DNA from: Chthoniobacterales bacterium
GTDB taxonomy: Bacteria; Verrucomicrobiota; Verrucomicrobiia; Chthoniobacterales; JACTMZ01
NCBI GenBank assembly: GCA_040880825.1
Contig: JBBEEK010000028.1
Location: forward strand, 1-37,421
DNA length: 37,421 nucleotides
Direction: 5' to 3'
Under the pieces are notes generated by a model that saw only the letters and a program-made list of their open reading frames with translations, did not search any database and was not told the origin of the DNA. Shown here piece after piece: positions 16,854 to 25,146 of this stretch. Numbering within the stretch: the first letter of the stretch is position 1; each line of letters begins with the position of its first letter. The position numbers and the translations under genes were made by a program.

Positions 16854-17423
16854 GTGAAACCCCGGATACTCCCACTTTTCCTCCTTCTGGTGGTCTGGCC
16901 TGCCGGCCTCCCGGCCCAAGAGGCCCGTGCCCTGCCGCAGGCGCTCACGCTGGCCGATCGCCCGCTGGTCCTTAATGGCAAAGCCACCCGCACCGTCTGG
17001 GGTTTTCCGGTTTACCAAGTCGGTCTGTTTCTCGAGGAGCCGAGCAACGATCCGCAGGCTATCATGCAGACCAACCGCGGACCCAAACGCGTGCAGATGG
17101 TCATGCTGCGCTCGGTGGAAAAAGAAAAGTTCGTTGCCACGGTGCGGGAGAACATCGAGCAAAATCTGACCGCTGAGGAACAAAAACGCTTCGCGTCCGA
17201 GCTGAAATCCTTCCTCGGCCACCTGCAAAGTGGCGGAGACCTCGATCATGGCCGCATCATCACCATCGATTATCTGCCGCAGCGCGGGACGGTGCTCGGA
17301 CTGGATGGCGCGCGCATCGCCACGATCGAGGGCGACGATTTCTACCACCTCATGCTGCGTTTGTGGATCGGCCGTCCCTTGCAGGCCTCGATCAAAGAGG
17401 GGCTTCTCGGCAGGGCCAACTGA
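16854..17423 (+). CDS. Periplasmic chalcone-isomerase-like protein (fatty-acid-binding fold)
   Basis: Signal peptide from GTG 16854; LVLNG.A.R..WGF.VY.VGLFL and F...LRLWIG.P....K..LLG, typical of bacterial chalcone isomerase-like proteins. Confidence 0.8.
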   Translation: MKPRILPLFLLLVVWPAGLPAQEARALPQALTLADRPLVLNGKATRTVWGFPVYQVGLFLEEPSNDPQAIMQTNRGPKRVQMVMLRSVEKEKFVATVRENIEQNLTAEEQKRFASELKSFLGHLQSGGDLDHGRIITIDYLPQRGTVLGLDGARIATIEGDDFYHLMLRLWIGRPLQASIKEGLLGRAN

Positions 17424-17429
17424 GCAGGA

Positions 17430-17457
17430 TTGACTCCCCGCGCAGCGAATTTAGCGT
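17430..17457 (+). promoter_or_regulatory. Candidate sigma70-like promoter, placed for a leaderless transcript of the hydrolase
   Basis: TTGACT-N16-TAGCGT followed by 7 nt and then ATG 17465; no Shine-Dalgarno sequence. Confidence 0.4.
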
Positions 17458-17464
17458 GGCGGGC

Positions 17465-19105
17465 ATGCCGGCCCGTTTATGTTTTCCCCTGGCCCTGGTG
17501 CTCTTGGCTCTTGCCGGCTGCGCTCAGTATTCGACGGTGCATCGCACGGACCGTCCGGGCGATCTGGCCGTAACCTCCCGCCAGCGCGCCCTGGCGGCCG
17601 ATCAGCAGCGGCAGAGAGATCCCCTGGCCCGCATCGGCGCCTATCTGCAGGAGGCCGACGACGCGCGCCGCGACTTGGCCGGTAATCCGCAGGACGCCCC
17701 ACGACGCAGCGATTACAACTTCGCCGTGGCCCGCATTATCGATGTCATTTCGAAGGAAAAACTGACGCCATGGGACCGCCCGATTGAATGTCCGGGACCG
17801 GACGGACGCATCTGGCGTTTGCGCCTGACCGCGCCTTACCCCCAGCCGGAATACCATCCCTCCAATTTCGAGTTCACGCCATCCGACCGCTATGACTTCC
17901 GCGGCAAGCTGGTCGGCGAGCGCGTGGTCAAGCAGGGGCTTGGCGCGCCACTCGTCGTCGAAAGCCGCAATGTTGACTATGTCAAACTTGACCGCTTCGC
18001 GCAGGGCAACCGTCTCTACTATGGTTTCACCGCACTGGCCAAGATGAGGGGGACTGATGCCGAAATTGTCCTGCTCGATCCGCTCAGCCGGGAAACGGTG
18101 TCCATGGATGGACGGACCCATGAACTGGCCGGCGATTTCCAAGGTCCCCTGGCCCTGGCCCTCGCCGAACTTCATCCGCGCCGCCGCGAACTGGCGGGAT
18201 TTTTCAGCCCGCAGAAATTCGAAGACCGGGTGCGCCTGGCCCGTTTGCAGCCTTACGACCCGCGCAAAATCCCCGTCCTTTTCATCCACGGTCTGACCAA
18301 CTCCCCGGCCACCTGGGCGCCGGTCGTGGAGTTCCTCCGCGGCGATCCGAACATCCGTAAAAACTATCAGTTCTGGTATTTCAGCTATCCGACCGGCCTG
18401 CCTTACCCCCTCACCGCGGCCATGCTTCGCAAGCAGCTGGCCGAGATCCGCAAGAAATATCCCGGCCACAAAGACATCGTGGTCATCGGTCACAGCATGG
18501 GCGGCATGATCAGCCGCATGCTGGTGACCGACAGCGGCATGAAACTTTGGAACACTTTCTTCGACCGTCCGCCGGACCAGTTGCCCTTTTCCGAGGAGAC
18601 CCGGCGGATGATGATGGGCTCGCTCGTCTTCAAGCCCGTCCCGAACATCCGGCGGGTCATTTTCGTCTCCGCTTCCCACCGTGGCAGCGGTATGGCGACC
18701 GACATTTTCGGGCGCCTGGGCGCTGCCATCATCGGGGAACCGATCGCCGAGGAACAAGTATACCTTCAGGCCTCGGCGCACCTCCGCCCCGAGCTCAGAT
18801 CCGGCCGCGGACGGCTCCCGAACAGCGTCGATCTCCTCGATCCGGAGAATCCTTTCCTGCGCACGCTCGACACGCTGCCGGTCTCTTCGCGCGTGCCCTT
18901 TCACAGCCTGATCGGGGACCGCGGACGCGGCGGATTCATCGACCGCGCCAAACCGCAGAGTTCCGACGGCATTGTGCCCTACTGGAGCAGCCACATGCCG
19001 GGAGCGCAGAGCGAGCGCGTCATCCCCAGCGGACACTGGAGCCACCTGCACCCGCTCGGTATGGTTGAACTCAACCGCATTCTCGTCGATCATTTGCGCA
19101 ATTGA
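17465..19105 (+). CDS. Alpha/beta-hydrolase lipoprotein (esterase/lipase-like)
   Basis: Lipobox LAGC; FIHGL oxyanion segment; nucleophile elbow GHSMGG; SDGIVP (Asp) and SGHWSH (His). Confidence 0.88.
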   Translation: MPARLCFPLALVLLALAGCAQYSTVHRTDRPGDLAVTSRQRALAADQQRQRDPLARIGAYLQEADDARRDLAGNPQDAPRRSDYNFAVARIIDVISKEKLTPWDRPIECPGPDGRIWRLRLTAPYPQPEYHPSNFEFTPSDRYDFRGKLVGERVVKQGLGAPLVVESRNVDYVKLDRFAQGNRLYYGFTALAKMRGTDAEIVLLDPLSRETVSMDGRTHELAGDFQGPLALALAELHPRRRELAGFFSPQKFEDRVRLARLQPYDPRKIPVLFIHGLTNSPATWAPVVEFLRGDPNIRKNYQFWYFSYPTGLPYPLTAAMLRKQLAEIRKKYPGHKDIVVIGHSMGGMISRMLVTDSGMKLWNTFFDRPPDQLPFSEETRRMMMGSLVFKPVPNIRRVIFVSASHRGSGMATDIFGRLGAAIIGEPIAEEQVYLQASAHLRPELRSGRGRLPNSVDLLDPENPFLRTLDTLPVSSRVPFHSLIGDRGRGGFIDRAKPQSSDGIVPYWSSHMPGAQSERVIPSGHWSHLHPLGMVELNRILVDHLRN

Positions 19106-19115
19106 TCCTTTCCCC

Positions 19116-20222
19116 GTGACTGCATCGTCCCGCTCGTTCTTCCGGTCGGAGCCACCGGCGCCGATGGAGGCCGTGGCCGCGCTCTTCGGCGAAGGGCGCG
19201 AAGAGACGGCCCGCGCGGTGGTGGATAGTCTGGCTGCGAGAGTTTTCGACGCTGCTCCTCCGCGTCCATCCAACCTCGTGCGCCGGGGATTGGCCCGCTT
19301 GGTGTGGCGCTTGATGCAGGCCACGACGCGCACGGAAATACGTCCGGGTCCCGACGGACAGGAAGTCGTCATCTTTCGCAACCGCATCCTCGAGCGATCC
19401 GGGCATCCTTACGCCACCACGCTGCTCGAGCCTTCGCGGGCCGACACGCAGGGTTTTGTCGAGGGCGGCGATCCCATGAACGCGCTCTACATGATGCTTT
19501 CGCCGGAAATCCGGGGCCGAGCCGGCGTGTGGGACCACATCATGCTCGACTCGGTGCAGGCCCGTGATGTCCAGTTGCGTTTCGTCTGGGAGTCCCGGTG
19601 CAGCTATGACTTGGCTGCGGCGCGTTTGGCGCGCGGCGAAGCAGTCCGCCTCAAAGCTGTGGCGGCCGGGGCCGGTTTGAGCATGGTGCTGGTGCTCGAC
19701 CGTTTGCTGCGCGAGGGCGGCGACCCCGCGCTCATTTCCGCCGTCATCGCCGATCGCGAAGCGGCCAACGTGGCCAAGGCGGCGCGCTTGCTCGGCAAGC
19801 TCGCCGCGACGCGTCCTTTGCTCGAGTCGGATCGCGTGCAAACGGTGGTCGAGGATCTTCTGGCCCCGGCGCACGACCGTCCGGCCGACGTGATCACTGC
19901 CATGGGTATTCTCGAATATTTCCCCGGCCATACTTTCACCACCACCGAGCGGCACCTCGGGCATCCCGAGCCGGCGGGCCCGCCGCATGCGGAAGATCTG
20001 GTGCGCAACCTGGCGGCCATGACTGCTCCCGGTGGTTCGCTCGTGACCAATACCTTCCGTCTGATCAGCGCGGTGCGGATCATGGAGGTGTTCGGCAAAA
20101 AATTCCGCTACCGCGGACGCTCCGAAATGCAACGCCTGCTCGCCACCTCCGGGTTCGTCCCGGCTGGACGGCACCATTCAGGTCACGTCTTCGACGTGGA
20201 AGTTTTCCAGAAGCGCGTTTAG
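19116..20222 (+). CDS. Divergent class I SAM-dependent methyltransferase-like protein
   Basis: Motif I-like AVAAGAG, acidic ADRE, VEDL, DVITAMGILEYF and LAAMTAPGGSLV. Start could be GTG 19116 or ATG 19164. Confidence 0.65.
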   Translation: MTASSRSFFRSEPPAPMEAVAALFGEGREETARAVVDSLAARVFDAAPPRPSNLVRRGLARLVWRLMQATTRTEIRPGPDGQEVVIFRNRILERSGHPYATTLLEPSRADTQGFVEGGDPMNALYMMLSPEIRGRAGVWDHIMLDSVQARDVQLRFVWESRCSYDLAAARLARGEAVRLKAVAAGAGLSMVLVLDRLLREGGDPALISAVIADREAANVAKAARLLGKLAATRPLLESDRVQTVVEDLLAPAHDRPADVITAMGILEYFPGHTFTTTERHLGHPEPAGPPHAEDLVRNLAAMTAPGGSLVTNTFRLISAVRIMEVFGKKFRYRGRSEMQRLLATSGFVPAGRHHSGHVFDVEVFQKRV

Positions 20223-20938
20223 GGCGCGAAATCGGCCTCCGCGTGCGTCACATCGTGGCGGATATTCGCGCCGTCGATCTCGGTGGTCCGGCCGCCGGCC
20301 TGCACGGACATCCCGGCGGGAATGTGGCGGCCGGTGTCGTCCTTGGCCACTTGCGTCGTCTCGATACGGCGGGCCAGTTTTCCGGATTTGTCATACTTTT
20401 CCACCCGCATGGTGACCATGCGCCGCGGATCGATCCAGCTGCGCACTTGGCCGTAGATGGTTGCGTCCCGGCGGCCGGGCCGGGACTCAAGGACGAGGCA
20501 CTCGGTTTTGCCCACGGTCTCCGTTCCGGCCAGGGTCTGCTTTTCCCAGCGGAAAAAGTTTTCGATGACGTCCGCGTAGGCCAGCGCTGTTCCGAAGACA
20601 GACTTTGACATCTCGGCCGCCCCGAGACGGACCGTGGCACCGCCGGGTGCTTTCACCACACCGCGGCCGGCTGGCCGGAGAACAAAAGCTTCGCCCTTGC
20701 GTTCGGCCGGCCAGAGAATTTCGTAGGCCGTAACCGCGCTGGCCGCGGTGCGCCGGGATTTGATCCGGATTTGCAGGACACCCGTTTCGGGCGAAGTCAT
20801 TTTCACGCGCGCCGTGGCATCTCCATCTTCCACCGCCGCGGCCATGGCCCCGGCCAGCTTCGGCGCGTTCCAGTCGGCGGCGGCGGCGAACGGGGCGGCC
20901 GCCAGCAGCACGGTGAGAGCAAGGGAGGGACTGCGCAT
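20219..20938 (-). CDS. Outer-membrane lipoprotein-sorting / LolA-like periplasmic protein
   Basis: Signal peptide from ATG 20938; VFGTALAYAD, CLVLES.P...YGQVRSWID...VEKYDKSGKLAR, typical of LolA-like proteins found with MacB-type ABC systems. Confidence 0.8.
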   Translation of the reverse strand: MRSPSLALTVLLAAAPFAAAADWNAPKLAGAMAAAVEDGDATARVKMTSPETGVLQIRIKSRRTAASAVTAYEILWPAERKGEAFVLRPAGRGVVKAPGGATVRLGAAEMSKSVFGTALAYADVIENFFRWEKQTLAGTETVGKTECLVLESRPGRRDATIYGQVRSWIDPRRMVTMRVEKYDKSGKLARRIETTQVAKDDTGRHIPAGMSVQAGGRTTEIDGANIRHDVTHAEADFAP

Positions 20939-20973
20939 GACTTCACGCACTGAAAGACTGGGGCGGACGGCGG

Positions 20974-22080
20974 TCAACCCTGAAGCGCCAGGCTGGGTGA
21001 AAGCCGCGAGCTGCGCCACGCGGGGTAGAGCCCGCTGACCACGCCGACCAGCATGGCGATGAGCACGGCTCGCACCGCCAGCGGCCATCCGAGATCCGGC
21101 TGGAGAAATCCTCGCACGTAGGGCGTTGTCTCGAGCACGGCGAGCACGGCGGCGCCGAGGAGCACACCGACGAGACCGCCGAGCAGGCCCATGGCCGCCG
21201 ATTCGCAGAGGATGAGCGCCATGATGCGTGTGCGTTGCCAGCCGAGCGCCAGCAGGACACCGATCTCGTGTTTGCGTTCAAAGACGCTCATCAACATGGT
21301 GTTCATCACACCGAGGACCCCGACAATGATGGCGAGCAGCGAGGTGCTCCAACTCATGGCGCGAGCCATGCGGAATCCCTGGCTCGTGCCGACCAGTTCT
21401 CCGGCGGCCACGGCGCGCAGACCCGGATGCCGGGCCTCGATGGCTTGGCAGAGGGCCCCGACATCGGTGCCTTTGGTGACGCGCACGTTGACGAAGTTGG
21501 CCCGGTCCTCGTAACCGGAGACCTCTTGGAAGCGCGGGAGGGCAAGGTTGACCGCGCCGTTCTCCAGCACGGAGGAACCGTCGACGACGCCGACCACGGT
21601 GAATTCGCCGGCTTCGATTTGCACCGGGTCACCGACTTTTTTGCCCAGGACTTCGGCCGCAAGTTTGCCCAGCACCACGGCCGGTTCCGCGGCGTCCCGC
21701 GGCAGGCGCCCCTCGAGAACTTTGAGTCCGTCCCAGGTGAAAGAGTCCCACTCGCGTCCGTAAACGACCATCATGGGCGCGTCCTCGACACTCAGCATCT
21801 GCATGAGGGTGGCATTGGCTTCGGCCACGCCGGGCAGGGCCGCGATGCGGTCGCGGACCGACTCTTCGAAAGCCTTGGGCATGATGCCGCCCTGCATGTT
21901 GCTCACCACGACATCGATCCCGATCGAATCGAGTTGGTCGCCCACGCTTTTCTCGTAGCCCGAGGCCATCCCGACCAAGGCGACTACTGCGGCGATGCCG
22001 ATGGCAATACCGAGCACGGTCAGACCCGTGCGCACCGGACGGCGCCGCAAACCGCGGAAGATAACCTGCAGGAAATTCAT
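20974..22080 (-). CDS. ABC transporter permease, MacB/LolE/FtsX type
   Basis: RRPVRTGLTVLGIAIGIAAVV, periplasmic domain, GVMNTMLMSVFERKHEIGVLLALGW, YPAWRSSRLSP. Start ATG 22080 overlaps the ATPase stop. Confidence 0.92.
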   Translation of the reverse strand: MNFLQVIFRGLRRRPVRTGLTVLGIAIGIAAVVALVGMASGYEKSVGDQLDSIGIDVVVSNMQGGIMPKAFEESVRDRIAALPGVAEANATLMQMLSVEDAPMMVVYGREWDSFTWDGLKVLEGRLPRDAAEPAVVLGKLAAEVLGKKVGDPVQIEAGEFTVVGVVDGSSVLENGAVNLALPRFQEVSGYEDRANFVNVRVTKGTDVGALCQAIEARHPGLRAVAAGELVGTSQGFRMARAMSWSTSLLAIIVGVLGVMNTMLMSVFERKHEIGVLLALGWQRTRIMALILCESAAMGLLGGLVGVLLGAAVLAVLETTPYVRGFLQPDLGWPLAVRAVLIAMLVGVVSGLYPAWRSSRLSPSLALQG

Positions 22081-22778
22081 GAAGTGACTCCGTCGGAAAC
22101 GACGCGTCCGTCGCGGATTTCCACCAGGCGCGAGGCGTGGGAGGCCAGCTCGCGGTCGTGCGTCACCATGACCAGCGTGGCGTCGTGCTCCCCGCGCAGG
22201 CGCTGGAGCAACTCCATGACGTGCGCGGAGTTTTTGCTGTCGAGGTTGCCGGTTGGTTCGTCGGCCAGAAGGATGGATGGACGGTTGGCCAGGCTGCGGG
22301 CGATGGCGGCGCGCTGGCGTTCTCCGCCGGACAACTTGACCGGCAAGTGGTCCAACCGGTGCGACAGTCCGACGCATTCGAGCAATTCGATGGCGCGGGC
22401 CCTGCGCGCGGCGGTGGAACCCGGCAGACCGAACATGGGGATCTGCACGTTTTCTTCGACCGTGAAATTCGGCAGGAGGTGGAACGATTGGAAGATAAAG
22501 CCGATGTCGCGCGCGCGATAAGCTGCCGGGTCGCCGAGCGAAGCCAAGTCGCGGCCGCGGAAATACAGGGTGCCCGCGGTCGGGCGATCGAGCAATCCGA
22601 GCATGTTGAGCAGGGTCGTCTTCCCGCAACCGCTCGGACCGACGATGGCCACGAATTCGCCGCGGCGGATGCGGAGGTCGATGCCGCGCAAGGCAGGGAC
22701 ACTGCCGCCGTCGTATTCCTTGGTCAGGCCGGCGGCCTCGTAGAGGATCTCGCCGGGCGGCGTTTCATGTCCCGGCAT
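22077..22778 (-). CDS. ABC transporter ATP-binding protein, LolD/MacB type
   Basis: GPSGCGKT, IGFIFQSFHL, LSGGERQR, ILLADEPTGNLD, VTHD; start ATG 22778. Confidence 0.94.
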   Translation of the reverse strand: MPGHETPPGEILYEAAGLTKEYDGGSVPALRGIDLRIRRGEFVAIVGPSGCGKTTLLNMLGLLDRPTAGTLYFRGRDLASLGDPAAYRARDIGFIFQSFHLLPNFTVEENVQIPMFGLPGSTAARRARAIELLECVGLSHRLDHLPVKLSGGERQRAAIARSLANRPSILLADEPTGNLDSKNSAHVMELLQRLRGEHDATLVMVTHDRELASHASRLVEIRDGRVVSDGVTS

Positions 22779-22786
22779 GGCGCGGT

Positions 22787-23752
22787 CTACTCGAACGCGG
22801 CCCACTGCGCGCCGACGCGGGGATCGCGCAGACGGGCGAGCAAATCGGCGAAGGCCGAGCGGTAGTTCGGGAAGGGCACCGTGTCGCCATGGTCCTGCGG
22901 CTCGATCAAACCGACATGGTCCGGCAGTTCCTCGTAAGGGATGGAACTTTTCACGTGATGGACGCCGTGCAGCGGTTGGTGCAGGAGGCTCAAGGCGACG
23001 AGGCGTCCGGGCGCCGTTTCCACGATGACGCTGCGCGTCGCGCTGCGCCCGGTGTTGCCGCTCAATCCGACGTGCTCGATGTATTTGCGCCAGCTTTGCA
23101 TGTTGCCGGCGATGAAGGCGGGAATGAAGTAAAGGACGAGGAACCAGTTCCACACGTTGAACCATGCGACGAGTCCGAGCACGGTGCCCCAGAGCGCGAT
23201 CATGCCCGCGGTCTCGCGCCAGATGCGTTGGCGCACGGTTTTGTTCGTCACCGGCGAAGGGCTTTGCAGGAAGACGCGCCAGAACAGGAGCGGTGTGTAG
23301 AAAAAGCCGAAGTTCAATTCGAGGAAAGCGGCCAAGCGGCGCCACCACAGCGGCTGTTGCGGATCGACGAAGGGCCAGAGTTCGAGGTCTTTCACCGTCG
23401 CCAGATTGACGTGATGTTTCTGGTGCAGGGCCCGGTAGAGGGTGAAGGGCGTGAGGCTGATCATGCCGACAATTTGGCCGTCGAATTCGTTGAGCCACTT
23501 GCTCTCGCGCAAATTGCCGTGTGCCGCCTCGTGGAAGGCGATGAGCATGGCGTGCATGAAATGGCTCGAGATGAGAACCAGGGGAATGATGAGCCAGAGA
23601 AAAGCCCCGCGGCCGGAGGTGTATTCATACATGCACCAGGCGAGCAGGCCGGCGGTCAGGTAAGTGCCGGTGGCCACCCAGGTGAAAGAGGCGCGGCAGG
23701 GCCAGGGCTCGGCATGCGCGGCGTGCGAAGGGTCTTTGACGGTCATGTGCAT
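22787..23752 (-). CDS. Membrane fatty-acid desaturase/hydroxylase family protein
   Basis: Three His boxes HEAAH, HQKHH and HGVHH, plus several TM helices. Confidence 0.9.
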   Translation of the reverse strand: MHMTVKDPSHAAHAEPWPCRASFTWVATGTYLTAGLLAWCMYEYTSGRGAFLWLIIPLVLISSHFMHAMLIAFHEAAHGNLRESKWLNEFDGQIVGMISLTPFTLYRALHQKHHVNLATVKDLELWPFVDPQQPLWWRRLAAFLELNFGFFYTPLLFWRVFLQSPSPVTNKTVRQRIWRETAGMIALWGTVLGLVAWFNVWNWFLVLYFIPAFIAGNMQSWRKYIEHVGLSGNTGRSATRSVIVETAPGRLVALSLLHQPLHGVHHVKSSIPYEELPDHVGLIEPQDHGDTVPFPNYRSAFADLLARLRDPRVGAQWAAFE

Positions 23753-23765
23753 GGCGGTTTTTCTT

Positions 23766-25139
23766 TCAGGTTGTCAGGGCGGCGGGGCGGGTTGAGGAAT
23801 TGCGCCCGACTTCACCGATGACGCCCCGGTAGATGCGGTCGAGTTCCGCAATATCCGCGTGGGTCAGGACGTCTGTCCGGTGCAGCCAGACTAACTCCAA
23901 ATTTCGGCCATCTTCCGTGATTTCGCAGCCGATGTCAAAGCGCGCCGTGCCCGTGGAAACCAGCTCGAGCCGGCTGGAAATGCCGGGAATATCGATGCCG
24001 GGGAAGGGGTGGTTTTGCACGGCAAAGCGGACATCGAAAACGGGGTGACGTCGGGCCATTTCCTCGCCTCCGACCGCCGCGGCCAGCTCGGCGAAAGGCA
24101 TGGCGCGGGCAAAATCGTCGACCACTCCGCGGTGCAGTTCGGTCAGCCCCGCATCGAAGGGCTGGTCCGGATCGAGCCGGGCGCGAAGCGGAACGTTACC
24201 CGAAAAATAGCCCATGGTTTCGCGGACAGCTGCCGTGGTCCGTCCGGCCACCGGCGTGCCGACCACGACGTCCGTCGCGCCGGCCCAGCGGAAGAGGGCC
24301 ACGCGGAACGCGGCGAGCAGGGTCGAAAAAAGGGTGACGCCCCGGGACTTGGCCAAGGCGCGCAGCGGGTCGACCAGGGCGCCGGCGATTCCGGCGTGCC
24401 AGCGGACGAGTGGTCCGGGTTGGAGGGTGCCGCGGTCGTGGAAGAGCGGACGCGAGCCCTCCAGCCGTTGGCGCCAATATTCGCCGTGCTTTTGCAATTC
24501 GGCTGGCGTCCACTGCGCCCGCTCCGTCGCCGCCCATTGCCCGTAGGTCGTGGCCAGGGCCGGTAATTCGAGCCGCATCGTCCCGAGGCGCGACATGTCG
24601 TTGCCGGCGCTTTGCCACGCGAGGAGGCAGCCAGTGGTGAAGTCGTGGACGAAATTGCTGAAGGTCCATCCGTCGGCGATGGAATGATGCAGGGCCAGGG
24701 CGAGCACGTGGTGGTCGGCGCCGCGCTTCAACATCTCGATGCGGTAGAGCGGTCCGCGGATGAGATCGATCGGTCGGGCGAAAAATTCTTCCGTCTGCGC
24801 GGGCCGGTGTTCATCGCCGGCGGCGGACGCCGGCAATTCGCGGTAGGACAAAACCGGATCGGCTTCGGCCCGCACCACTTGGAGGGGGCGTTCTTTGCCG
24901 GGCAGGAAAGTGGTGCGCAGGACATCGTGGCGCTTGATCACGTGGCCGAGGGCCTGCGTGCACATGGCGGGGGTGAGCGGTCCGCGGATGTCGAGGAAGC
25001 AGCAGATATTGTTCGAGGCGTCGCCCGGGGGCACGGCGGAGGCTTCCCACAACTCGCGCTGCGGAAAAGAAAGCGGCTCGAGCCGGGCCTTGCCGGCAGA
25101 CAGCCACTCTTTGAGTTTGCTCCGTGGGTCGGCTTCCAT
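23766..25139 (-). CDS. Free-standing NRPS-type condensation domain protein
   Basis: PLSFPQRELW, RHDVLRTTF, catalytic HHSIADG, YWRQRL, VVGTPVAGR...GYF, MPFAEL, ARFD. About 457 aa with no A or T domain. Start ATG 25139, 7 nt after the PKS stop. Confidence 0.92.
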   Translation of the reverse strand: MEADPRSKLKEWLSAGKARLEPLSFPQRELWEASAVPPGDASNNICCFLDIRGPLTPAMCTQALGHVIKRHDVLRTTFLPGKERPLQVVRAEADPVLSYRELPASAAGDEHRPAQTEEFFARPIDLIRGPLYRIEMLKRGADHHVLALALHHSIADGWTFSNFVHDFTTGCLLAWQSAGNDMSRLGTMRLELPALATTYGQWAATERAQWTPAELQKHGEYWRQRLEGSRPLFHDRGTLQPGPLVRWHAGIAGALVDPLRALAKSRGVTLFSTLLAAFRVALFRWAGATDVVVGTPVAGRTTAAVRETMGYFSGNVPLRARLDPDQPFDAGLTELHRGVVDDFARAMPFAELAAAVGGEEMARRHPVFDVRFAVQNHPFPGIDIPGISSRLELVSTGTARFDIGCEITEDGRNLELVWLHRTDVLTHADIAELDRIYRGVIGEVGRNSSTRPAALTT

Positions 25140-25146
25140 CCGCCGC

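Noticed and set aside
22081-23498. N-terminal extensions given by the ORF track for the ABC permease and ATPase (likewise for the C-domain, LolA-like, cyclase, TIR-kinase and Bat genes)
   Set aside because: Most extensions overlap neighbouring real genes and are low-information Arg/Pro-rich sequence; downstream starts give normal family lengths and tight operon spacing.
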